Below, one piece after another: positions 7,311-15,874 of a stretch of 24,000 nucleotides of DNA; position 1 is the stretch's first letter, and each line of letters opens with the position of its first letter. This stretch comes from Tenacibaculum phage Gundel_1. Location: sequence record NC_062747.1; one strand, given 5' to 3'. The position numbers were made by a program, and so were the translations under genes. The notes below the pieces were generated by a model, which was given only the letters and a program-made list of their open reading frames with translations, did not search any database and had not been told where the DNA came from.

Positions 7311-7761
7311 TGAGGTAATTCAGGAAATGTTCAAAACATTTGGCGAAAATAATATCACTTTAGATGAAATTTCAAAATCTACGAAAATAGATAAAGAGTT
7401 TTTATTGATGCTTTTAAATAATGAAGGTCAGATGGTGGAGAATATTTCAAGACTGATCCAATTCGCTAATTTAAGATTAACACTTGTGAAATATAAAATG
7501 AAATTTCACACTACATACCACGTTTCAAAAGATGTAATAATGTTTTGCAGAATAGTAGAACCTAAATGTAATATATCTTATGATAAAATAACTGGTGAGT
7601 TTTTTAATCTTAACTTCAAAAGAAAAAGAATAGAAAAAAAACTATCTACTATTGAAAAACAACAAGTTTTAGCCGACTTTAAATCGTTTAAAGAAACCCA
7701 TATAGATAAACTCTATGATGAAAAATTTATGCAAAGGATAAATCAATTGAATAGCGTGTAG
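7276..7761 (+). CDS. hypothetical protein, possible HTH-like segment
   Basis: 161 aa ORF; ITLDEISKSTKIDKEFLLMLLNNEGQM looks helix-turn-helix-like. Confidence 0.6.
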   Translation: MQTNSRSKKRFSEVIQEMFKTFGENNITLDEISKSTKIDKEFLLMLLNNEGQMVENISRLIQFANLRLTLVKYKMKFHTTYHVSKDVIMFCRIVEPKCNISYDKITGEFFNLNFKRKRIEKKLSTIEKQQVLADFKSFKETHIDKLYDEKFMQRINQLNSV

Positions 7762-7822
7762 TTTTTTACACAAAAACATTACATTTACAACCTCAAACAA
7801 CAATCTTAAATCAAAACAAATT

Positions 7823-8638
7823 ATGAAAATAGTAGGAAAACAAGAAGCAACAAAACAAATTGATAAAATATTCGGGATATTCACTAACAGCTTATCTAAG
7901 ATAAGACCTCATTTCGTATTAACTGGACCAAGTGGAAGCGGTAAAAGTGTAACCATAAAAGCTATGGCTAAAAAACATAAAGTAGGTTATTTTGAAATAA
8001 ACGCTGCTCAATTAACTAAAGAAGGCACTAGCGGTAACAGTTTAAGCAAAGCTTTAACACCTTTATTAAACCACGGAGGGAAACCAACAGTTTGTTTTGT
8101 TGATGAATTTGATAAATTATTTATTTCTGGTAATTCAAATTCAGAATTAGCCCATGAAAGCACTAACGGAGTTCAAAACGAGTTCCTGAAAGTATTAGAA
8201 AGCGATACAGCAACAGTTTTTGGAGATTACGGTAAATATGTAGAGGCATCCGCTTCCAACATCTTATTTATCTTTGCAGGAGCCTTTAATGGGGAAGAGG
8301 ATATTGATATTGACAGATTACGTGACTTAGGTATTAAAACTGAATTTCTAGGTCGTGTAGGATTAGCTTACAACCTTACAAAACTAACTTTAGATGATTT
8401 ATTTGAGATTTTAGACCACTCAGAATTGTTAGAAACTTACTTAGAACTATTTACTGATTCTGATAAAGAAAAAACAGTATTAGAAATAAAAGCCCACCTA
8501 CAAAAAATATATCCAAACAATACTTTGGGAGCTAGAATTATAACATCATTAATTAATCAGTATTTTATTAATGGAGGGTTAACAGAAAAAGAAGTTAAGC
8601 AAATCACATTTCAAAATAAAATGAAGTTAAAAGATTAA
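7823..8638 (+). CDS. ClpX/HslU-like AAA+ ATPase
   Basis: Walker A TGPSGSGKS, Walker B TVCFVDEFDKLF, sensor-1 ILFIFAGAF, arginine-finger-like EFLGRVG, sensor-2 LGAR; colinear with the ClpX AAA+ core; no N-terminal zinc domain. Confidence 0.85.
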   Translation: MKIVGKQEATKQIDKIFGIFTNSLSKIRPHFVLTGPSGSGKSVTIKAMAKKHKVGYFEINAAQLTKEGTSGNSLSKALTPLLNHGGKPTVCFVDEFDKLFISGNSNSELAHESTNGVQNEFLKVLESDTATVFGDYGKYVEASASNILFIFAGAFNGEEDIDIDRLRDLGIKTEFLGRVGLAYNLTKLTLDDLFEILDHSELLETYLELFTDSDKEKTVLEIKAHLQKIYPNNTLGARIITSLINQYFINGGLTEKEVKQITFQNKMKLKD

Positions 8639-8658
8639 ACCATGAAAACAATAGAAGT

Positions 8659-8907
8659 ATGCAGGACAGAAACAAAAAACTAAAAGACAGAGTAATTAAT
8701 TGCAGAGAAAAATTAAGCAATTTAGAGATTAAAAAACCTCTTGTTAAATTCGCTAGGAAGTATCCAAGATATGTAAAAGGATCAACTTCTAAAGAAAAAG
8801 AAAAGTCTAAAACAAGGCTTAGAAATCTTTTTTACTGTAAAGCTTTCGATGAAGATTTTACAAAACATTTAGAAGTATTCGTAGAAATAACTAAAACAAA
8901 TAACTAA
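8659..8907 (+). CDS. hypothetical basic protein
   Basis: 82 aa Lys/Arg-rich ORF. Confidence 0.6.
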   Translation: MQDRNKKLKDRVINCREKLSNLEIKKPLVKFARKYPRYVKGSTSKEKEKSKTRLRNLFYCKAFDEDFTKHLEVFVEITKTNN

Positions 8908-9626
8908 TGGAGTCACCTGAAATTTCAAAACTTTTTAAAAAATATAATCTTACTAAAGACGACTATTTTAAACACAAACATTATCAAATAATCACTAGAA
9001 GCGGGATGGATAAAATCCAAGCTATAGAGAAAATATTTATTGAATATGAAGTTATTGCTGCTGTTCCTAAATATTGTGCCGTAAAAGCTAAAGCCAGTAA
9101 AGATAATGCTAAGATAGAAACTTTCGGAAGTGCTGTTTATGGTGGTAAAGAATGGATTACTTTCGATAAACCCACTCAACAAGGTAAAACAGGTAAATGG
9201 ATAGAAAACGGAAATACAAATACATGGTACGTTTTAGAAGTTGCTGAAAAAAGAGCTATGAGTAGAGCTGTTTTAAAATTAACTGGTTTTTATCAACTTG
9301 GTGTTTTTGGAGAAGATGAAAGTGAAGATTTTAAGAAGGAAACAACACCACCTGCAAAAACAACACCAACACAACCAGTAAAAGAACCAGTAAAACAAAC
9401 ACAACCTTTAGCACAGCAAACAACACCTACTCCTAAAGCTATAAAACCTTTACCAAGATTAGTAGAAAAATCAGAGTCATGGGAAAAGATGGTTGTTTTA
9501 ATAAACACAGGAATATTAACCTCTATAACTCAAGTAGAAGGTAAATACTCATTAGAGCCAGTAGCAAAAGCTAAAATTATTAAGATTATTAAAGACTATA
9601 AACCTAAAAAAGAAGCTAAAAACTAG
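8907..9626 (+). CDS. phage protein, possibly ssDNA-annealing/recombination related
   Basis: 239 aa; WYVLEVAEKRAMSRAVLKLTGFYQLGVFGEDE resembles the AEKRA.SRA(I/L) region of phage annealing-type proteins; low-complexity Thr/Pro/Gln linker and conserved-looking C-terminal end. Confidence 0.4.
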   Translation: MESPEISKLFKKYNLTKDDYFKHKHYQIITRSGMDKIQAIEKIFIEYEVIAAVPKYCAVKAKASKDNAKIETFGSAVYGGKEWITFDKPTQQGKTGKWIENGNTNTWYVLEVAEKRAMSRAVLKLTGFYQLGVFGEDESEDFKKETTPPAKTTPTQPVKEPVKQTQPLAQQTTPTPKAIKPLPRLVEKSESWEKMVVLINTGILTSITQVEGKYSLEPVAKAKIIKIIKDYKPKKEAKN

Positions 9627-9631
9627 AAATT

Positions 9632-9856
9632 ATGAGCATATCTAAAAACATATTATTAGACGAATTAATAGAGCAACCACACCACGAAAAAGTAGAAGAT
9701 GTTATTTTTTGGGCATTGGAAATGTATGCGGAAAACAACAAAGGAACTAATGGTGCTATGGTTGCTTATGCAATTACCCAAAGAATAGAAGATGATGAAA
9801 AAGAAGGGAAATCCAAACTAATGAATCCAGAGTTAATTAAATCTTTAGGATTATAG
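9632..9856 (+). CDS. hypothetical protein
   Basis: 74 aa ORF. Confidence 0.65.
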   Translation: MSISKNILLDELIEQPHHEKVEDVIFWALEMYAENNKGTNGAMVAYAITQRIEDDEKEGKSKLMNPELIKSLGL

Positions 9857-9858
9857 TT

Positions 9859-10020
9859 ATGAGCATTGAAAAACAAGTAAAGGAAAAACTAAAAGAACAA
9901 CACGGTTACGATTTTGATTCAGAATTTTGGACTGATGAAAATATTGTAATGCTTCAAGAAATTGTAGAAGCTACCGAAGAAGTAATTCTCTTTGATTTAA
10001 ATAGAATTGACAAACATTAA
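9859..10020 (+). CDS. hypothetical protein (53 aa)
   Basis: Not in ORF track; MSIEKQVKEKLKEQHGYDFDSEFWTDENIVMLQEIVEATEEVILFDLNRIDKH. Confidence 0.5.
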   Translation: MSIEKQVKEKLKEQHGYDFDSEFWTDENIVMLQEIVEATEEVILFDLNRIDKH

Positions 10021-10030
10021 ATCTTAAATC

Positions 10031-11059
10031 ATGATTAAAAAAAATAGAGCAGAGATAAGCGGATTAGTAATACATAAAGTTGCTAATAAATTTAACAGCG
10101 GTAGCAATGCCTTATCAGAAAAAACAGTACGTTTTGATGAAGAAAGCTACGAACTTGTTTTACCATTTTTATTAAATCCATTCACAAAAGAAGTTCTTAG
10201 CTACAGATTTGACAACGAACTATCAAAACTAAATAAAATTACCGATGCTATTTTCAAAGATGAAGATTCATTTATGGAAGGTTCTAAAAACATTGTAAAT
10301 CATTTATACGAACAATCAAATTCAGCAACCATAAAAAACGGTGATGTTTTAGTAGTGTTTTTTGATGGAATCGAATATAAAGATGTTTTAGTTGAAGCTA
10401 TTGGTATTTTTAAAATAGAAACAAAAACCAACTTCCTGCAAACATACTTAGAAGATGGTAATTTTGATGTTGTAACACAATCTGGAATATCAATAAAGAA
10501 ATTTGATAAAGGTTGTTTAATTCTTAATACGTCAGACGATAACGGTAGAGTCGTTTTAAGCATAGATAATAATAATTATGACGCTCAGTATTGGAATAAG
10601 AATTTCTTAGATGTAAAGTATTCAGATGATAAGAATTTACATACACACATCTATTTAGATATGTGTAAACAATTCGCAGACGATGTAATTATAGCTAAAA
10701 AGGAAAAAGGAGAGTTTTTATCAGGTGTATTGGATCACTTCAAAGAGAACGAAACAGTAGTACATGAAGAGTTAAAAGAAGAACTTTTTGAAACAAAAGC
10801 AAACCAAGACCTTTTTGCTGAATACAAAAACACTTATGAATCTTTTAACGATGCTATTATTAGAAACTCAGTTGAGGTTTCAGACCCAGTAGTTAAGAAA
10901 GAAAAATCGAAGCTTAAAACAGAAATTAAACTAGACACCAACATTAAAATATCATTAGATGTTGATGCTCCAGATGCAGCCAAAGAATATTTAGAGCTTG
11001 GGTATGACGAAGAAAAAAAGATGAAGTATTACAAGGTGTATTTTAACGCTGAAAAGTAA
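10031..11059 (+). CDS. NdpA/YejK-like nucleoid-associated protein
   Basis: 342 aa; features typical of Bacteroidetes members of this family: HLYEQS...IKNGDVLVVFF, AIGIFKIETKTNFL, KGCLILNT, AQYWNKNFLDVK, KENE, GYDEEKKMKYYKVYFNAE C-terminus. Confidence 0.82.
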   Translation: MIKKNRAEISGLVIHKVANKFNSGSNALSEKTVRFDEESYELVLPFLLNPFTKEVLSYRFDNELSKLNKITDAIFKDEDSFMEGSKNIVNHLYEQSNSATIKNGDVLVVFFDGIEYKDVLVEAIGIFKIETKTNFLQTYLEDGNFDVVTQSGISIKKFDKGCLILNTSDDNGRVVLSIDNNNYDAQYWNKNFLDVKYSDDKNLHTHIYLDMCKQFADDVIIAKKEKGEFLSGVLDHFKENETVVHEELKEELFETKANQDLFAEYKNTYESFNDAIIRNSVEVSDPVVKKEKSKLKTEIKLDTNIKISLDVDAPDAAKEYLELGYDEEKKMKYYKVYFNAEK

Positions 11060-11476
11060 ATGAAACTAACACAATACCAACAAAGTGTTTATTCAGGATT
11101 ACAATGCCCCTACTGCAAATCAGAAACAAAAGTAGTATCAGAAAAATACATTTACGGTAGGAGTTATAAAGATAGGTCAATGATTTGCTGTGTTAACTTT
11201 CCTACTTGCAGATCCTATGTTGGGACTCATGAAGAAGACGGAAGCTCATTAGGAAGGTTAGCAAATAAAACACTAAGACAGTTTAAAAACAGAGCGCATG
11301 AACATTTCGATAAGATTTGGATGGAAGACTACCACACTAGAAGCGAAACATACGAGCTTTTAAGTGAATATTTAGAAATTCCAGTTGACTATACGCATAT
11401 TGGGTTCTTCAACGAAGAAACCTGCAAAAAAGTAATTGACTGGAGTATTAAAACATATAAAGACCTAAAAAACTAA
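11060..11476 (+). CDS. DUF3268-like zinc-finger protein
   Basis: CPYCKSETKVV...YGRSY...CCVNFPTCRSYVGTH...LGRLANKTLRQFKNRAHEHFDKIW; Cys pattern and flanks as in this phage family. Confidence 0.7.
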   Translation: MKLTQYQQSVYSGLQCPYCKSETKVVSEKYIYGRSYKDRSMICCVNFPTCRSYVGTHEEDGSSLGRLANKTLRQFKNRAHEHFDKIWMEDYHTRSETYELLSEYLEIPVDYTHIGFFNEETCKKVIDWSIKTYKDLKN

Positions 11477-11688
11477 TGAACCTAAAGCAATTAATTGAGT
11501 TTTTTGATAGTCAGGAGCTAACAGAAGAGCCGATAACATTAAATCAAGCTACTATTATATGTAATCAAAAAAACTTCGTTAAAAGCCATATAAACTACCT
11601 TAAAGCAAATACTGGAAATAAAGCTTTTGAACCTTATTATTCAAGATTAATTGAACTTTATAAAATATTAACCAATGGGAGCAAATAA
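11476..11688 (+). CDS. hypothetical protein
   Basis: 70 aa ORF, stop/start overlap upstream. Confidence 0.6.
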   Translation: MNLKQLIEFFDSQELTEEPITLNQATIICNQKNFVKSHINYLKANTGNKAFEPYYSRLIELYKILTNGSK

Positions 11689-11986
11689 AGAATTATCTCA
11701 AATGTTCAGACAAATGGGAGAAGATTACTTAACTGATATAGACATGAGCGGAAGCCTATATCTTCAATACAAAGAACTTGACAAACCGAAATTAGAAGTT
11801 ACAGCAACTAATTTCGGAAAATTCTACAAAGCAAAGCTTAACGGAGTTTCAATTAACAGAGAAAAACTATACAATATTTTAGGTATAGAATCTACAGCGG
11901 GTATGAGATTAGAATATCATTTATTTGAATTTGAAAAACACGATCAGAAATACATCATTGATTTTTCAGAAATCAGTGTGAGTTAA
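11675..11986 (+). CDS. hypothetical protein
   Basis: 103 aa ORF. Confidence 0.65.
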   Translation: MGANKELSQMFRQMGEDYLTDIDMSGSLYLQYKELDKPKLEVTATNFGKFYKAKLNGVSINREKLYNILGIESTAGMRLEYHLFEFEKHDQKYIIDFSEISVS

Positions 11987-12012
11987 GAACCTCTTTAAAA
12001 CAACCTTATCAA

Positions 12013-13467
12013 ATGCTAGACCTTTTTACAGAAACAGATATAGACAAGCTCATAAACCATATTAAAGCAAACTACAATCCAAACAAACCATTAATGTTTG
12101 TAGTAGATTTATTTTGTGGCGCAGGAGGAATGACAGAAGGGTATCAAAAAGTAGATAACACTTTTGTAGTAGCTTGTGTTAACCATGATGAATATGCTAT
12201 AAAATCACACCATGCAAATCACCCTTGTTGCATACATTACACAGAGGATATTACGGATTGGAACGTTATATGGAAAATAGAAAGTCTAGTATTTCAATTA
12301 AGAGAAAGATTTAGTAACTGCTTTTTAATACTTCATGCAAGTTTAGAGTGTACACACCTAAGTAAAGCTAAAGGTGGTTTGTCAAGGGATGGAGACAGCA
12401 GAACATTAGCTTTTCATTTAGAAAAATACTTAGAAATAATACCTGATTACATTACAATTGAAAACGTAGAAGAAATTCTTACAAATGGACCTCTAGACGA
12501 AGATGGTATGATAATACCAGAACTTAAAGGATTAGATTATAAACTTTGGTTAGAAATAATTCAGGATTATGGTTATGATTATGACTACAGATTATTAGAT
12601 TCAGCAGATTTTGGTGAATACACATCAAGAAAAAGATATTACGGAATTTTTGCTAAAGAAGGATTACCAGTTTCATTCCCTAAACAAACACACGTAACAA
12701 AAAAGAAACAACATTTATTTCCAAACCTAAAACCGCATAAAGCAGTAAAAGAAGTTTTAGATTTAGATAATTGCGGAATATCTGTTTTCGGAAAAAACAA
12801 AAGAGGTAAAAATTATGTTGATGCAACTATTACAAGAACTCATGCCGGAGTAAAAAAAACACTAAAAGAAAAACAAACTGAATTTCTAAGTGCTTATTAT
12901 GGAGCTTCACAAAATGGGCAAGGTATAACAGGAATGGATGAACCATGCAACACCTTAACGACTAAAGATAGATTTGCATTACATCATATTCAATACGCTT
13001 ATAGTAACGCTTATTATACTTCTATAGAAAAACCCGCAGGAACTATACTTACTAATCCAAAACATGAATTAGTAACGACAAAATGGCTATACGATACACA
13101 ATACGACAGAGTATGTTGTTCGGTTGAAAAACCTTCACCTGTAATTATAGCAAGACAAGATAAAACACCTTTAAGTATTGGTTTTGCTAAAAACTTTAGT
13201 ATTGTAGATCACTCAGTTGAACTACCAACAGATACCAACGCAAGAAAAAATTTAAAATCTTTTATGAGGTCAAACCAAATAAAAGATATTACTATTAGAC
13301 CTTTATTAGAAAAAGAACTTTTACGAGTTCAAGGATTTCCAGAAGATTACATATTACTTGGAGGTGTTACCAGAGCTAAAAAATATATTGGTAATGCAGT
13401 TGTTCCTGGAATGGCAGAAGTAATAGGTAATGAAATTTACAAATCACATTCAGAATACTTAAATTAA
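12013..13467 (+). CDS. DNA (cytosine-5) methyltransferase
   Basis: Motif I FVVDLFCGAGGMTEGY, motif IV-like LECTHLSKAKGG, motif VI IENVEE, DFGEYTSRKRYYGIF, C-terminal LRVQGFPEDY...IGNAVVPGMAE. Confidence 0.93.
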   Translation: MLDLFTETDIDKLINHIKANYNPNKPLMFVVDLFCGAGGMTEGYQKVDNTFVVACVNHDEYAIKSHHANHPCCIHYTEDITDWNVIWKIESLVFQLRERFSNCFLILHASLECTHLSKAKGGLSRDGDSRTLAFHLEKYLEIIPDYITIENVEEILTNGPLDEDGMIIPELKGLDYKLWLEIIQDYGYDYDYRLLDSADFGEYTSRKRYYGIFAKEGLPVSFPKQTHVTKKKQHLFPNLKPHKAVKEVLDLDNCGISVFGKNKRGKNYVDATITRTHAGVKKTLKEKQTEFLSAYYGASQNGQGITGMDEPCNTLTTKDRFALHHIQYAYSNAYYTSIEKPAGTILTNPKHELVTTKWLYDTQYDRVCCSVEKPSPVIIARQDKTPLSIGFAKNFSIVDHSVELPTDTNARKNLKSFMRSNQIKDITIRPLLEKELLRVQGFPEDYILLGGVTRAKKYIGNAVVPGMAEVIGNEIYKSHSEYLN

Positions 13468-13474
13468 ATAAATT

Positions 13475-13972
13475 ATGAAAAAATCACTTTACAACATTAA
13501 CGAAGACCAACAAAAATTAGTTGAAGAATTAATTAAATCTGACGGTGAATTAACACCTGAAATGGAAGAACAATTAGTTTTAAATGAAAAGAACCGTAAC
13601 CAAAAAGCAGTTGCTTACATGGAGGTTATATCTTCTCAAAAACTTAAAGTTTCTGGTGTAGATTCTGAAATAAAAAGACTACAAGCTTTAAAGAAAAGAG
13701 AAGGTAAAATAATTGAAAAACTAGAAGCTAATTTACTTAGTTGTGTTAAAGCTTTCGGAAACTTTGAAGTTGGAACTTTAAAATTCGGAACTAGAAAAAG
13801 TCAAGTTGTAGAAATTGACGTTGAAAAGAAAGATAAAATACCTAGTGAGTTTAAAACCTCTACAACTACAGTAACAATCAGTAAAACAGCTATTAAAGAT
13901 TACCTTAAAATTGAAGGTAATAAAATTGAGGGCTGCAAATTAGTAACAAACTTAAATCTAAAAATTAACTAG
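13475..13972 (+). CDS. Siphovirus Gp157-like protein
   Basis: 165 aa; coiled N-terminus, RLQALKKREGKIIEKLEANL...G.LKFGTRKSQVVEI...P.EF, characteristic of the Gp157 family. Confidence 0.8.
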   Translation: MKKSLYNINEDQQKLVEELIKSDGELTPEMEEQLVLNEKNRNQKAVAYMEVISSQKLKVSGVDSEIKRLQALKKREGKIIEKLEANLLSCVKAFGNFEVGTLKFGTRKSQVVEIDVEKKDKIPSEFKTSTTTVTISKTAIKDYLKIEGNKIEGCKLVTNLNLKIN

Positions 13973-13979
13973 AAAAATT

Positions 13980-15278
13980 ATGAAAATTAAATCAATCTCA
14001 GTAAAAAACTTCAAAGCTTTAAGCGAGCAAGAAATGACTTTTGATGGAGCTTCTGCAATAATTACCGCAGGAAACAACAAAGGAAAAACAAGTATTTTAA
14101 ACGGATTAGTAAATAGATTCCGTGGCGAAAAACCTGAATTTATTGTAAAGAACGGAGAAGAAAAAGGTGAAAATATTATGGAACTTACTGATGGTTCAAT
14201 AATTAAATGGAACTTCACCACTAAAACAGAAAAATTCCAGTTTACTACACCTGAAGAATTAGTTATTAAAACAGGAGTTTTAAAAGCTATTGGGAAAAGA
14301 TATTTTGGTGAGAAATTTGATATTGATAAATTTATCAGCTCAAGCAAAAATGAGCAGTTAAAACAAGTTCAAAAATTAGTAGGTATTGATTTAAGTCAAT
14401 TAGATTCTGAGTATAAAAAAATATACGAACAAAGAACTGATGCTAATAAAGAAGTAAAAAGATTACTCGCTTTAAATACTCAAAAACCTGAAGAAGTTTC
14501 AGCACCAGATATTCAGGCTTTAAAAGATGAAAAAACTGAATTAGAAACAAAAAATTTAGCTTTAAAATCTAAATGGAAAATAGATAATGAAGCACATCAA
14601 AAAGAAGCTAATGATTTCAACGCAAATGTACAATCTGTAATAGATGCTGAAAAAGAGTATTCTGACGCTATGACTGAGTTAGAAAAATACAAAGGAAAAG
14701 CAACTGGAGCTTTTATAGATTTTAAAGGACTACAAGATGCTTTTGTTGATCTTCCAGATATTAAAGAAAAGAAAGTTATTACAACTTTATCCGAACCTAA
14801 ATATCATGAGTTTTTAGATATTGACAAGAAAATTGAAGATGCTTATGAAGATAAATCTAAGTTCGACAACTACGAAAAAGATTTAAAAGCTTACAATGAC
14901 TGGGTTAAATCTGGAAAAGACCAAAGAGAAACTGTAGATAACCTTAACAAAAAGCTAGATGAAATTCAAGCTGAAAGAGTAGAGGTAATTCAAAACTCTA
15001 ATTTACCAGAAGATTTTGAAATGAACGAAGAAGGATTATTTTACAAAGGATTACCTTTAGACCATAATCAACTTTCAAGTTCTGCTAAATACATTTGCGC
15101 TTTAAAACTAGGTGTTTTATTCCTTGGTAAAATCAGGACAATGCATTTTGACTGCTCTTTCTTAGATAAAAATTCACTTCAAGAAGTTCAAGACTGGGCT
15201 AAAACACAAGACTTGCAACTTTTAATTGAGCGTCCTGATTTTGAAGCAAGAGATATTCAGTACAACATTTTAAACTAA
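13980..15278 (+). CDS. SbcC/Rad50-like AAA ATPase
   Basis: IKSISVKNFKALSEQEMTFDGASAIITAGNNKGKTSILNGL (Walker A), coiled-coil middle, C-terminal LLIER; Walker B region degenerate. Confidence 0.8.
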   Translation: MKIKSISVKNFKALSEQEMTFDGASAIITAGNNKGKTSILNGLVNRFRGEKPEFIVKNGEEKGENIMELTDGSIIKWNFTTKTEKFQFTTPEELVIKTGVLKAIGKRYFGEKFDIDKFISSSKNEQLKQVQKLVGIDLSQLDSEYKKIYEQRTDANKEVKRLLALNTQKPEEVSAPDIQALKDEKTELETKNLALKSKWKIDNEAHQKEANDFNANVQSVIDAEKEYSDAMTELEKYKGKATGAFIDFKGLQDAFVDLPDIKEKKVITTLSEPKYHEFLDIDKKIEDAYEDKSKFDNYEKDLKAYNDWVKSGKDQRETVDNLNKKLDEIQAERVEVIQNSNLPEDFEMNEEGLFYKGLPLDHNQLSSSAKYICALKLGVLFLGKIRTMHFDCSFLDKNSLQEVQDWAKTQDLQLLIERPDFEARDIQYNILN

Positions 15279-15291
15279 AAATAAACTAATA

Positions 15292-15327
15292 GAATGTCCA
15301 GTTTTTTAACTAATAAACTGGACATTT
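15292..15327. terminator. intergenic perfect 12-bp hairpin (terminator, processing site or operator)
   Basis: AATGTCCAGTTT (15293-15304) / AAACTGGACATT (15315-15326), loop TTTAACTAAT. Confidence 0.5.
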
Positions 15328-15343
15328 AAAACAACCTTAAATT

Positions 15344-15874
15344 ATGACAAAAACACCTGAACAATTTATAAAAGAATTATTTCCTGACGTACCTCATAAA
15401 GACAGAAAAATAATTACAAATACAATTTTAATCGCCTCTAATAGATTCAATAAACCTTTCGATAGTTTAGCTCTTGAATATAAAGAAAAGCACGACAAGG
15501 AAAGAGAAGAAGGGTTGCCGATAATGCTAAACCATTGTTTAAATACCGCTTTACTTATAGAAAGTAATCACTCATTACAAGGAAGCTATTTCAGTAGTTA
15601 CTACAATAAAATATCAGGTAACAATGGTAGAGCTTTTATGAACGCTCAAAACAAGCTTTATTTAAAAGAATTTAACCACTTAGCAACAGAACAAAGCGCT
15701 AACATAAATGACTTATTAAAATTCAAAGAAATAGCCCTAGAAGCATTAAGTCATAGTTTTGATGAAGACTTTGAGGATTTAGCTGAAATTATAGATGTTT
15801 GGAGTAAGAATAAAGGCGAAAGAAAAAGAATTTTAGGTATCGCTAGAAAAATCAAAAAAGATGAAAATAGCTAG
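15344..15874 (+). CDS. hypothetical protein
   Basis: 176 aa ORF after leader motif AACAACCTTAAAT. Confidence 0.75.
   Translation: MTKTPEQFIKELFPDVPHKDRKIITNTILIASNRFNKPFDSLALEYKEKHDKEREEGLPIMLNHCLNTALLIESNHSLQGSYFSSYYNKISGNNGRAFMNAQNKLYLKEFNHLATEQSANINDLLKFKEIALEALSHSFDEDFEDLAEIIDVWSKNKGERKRILGIARKIKKDENS

Noticed and set aside
13958-14347. 129 aa minus-strand ORF
   Set aside because: Antisense shadow of the start of the SbcC-like ATPase gene.
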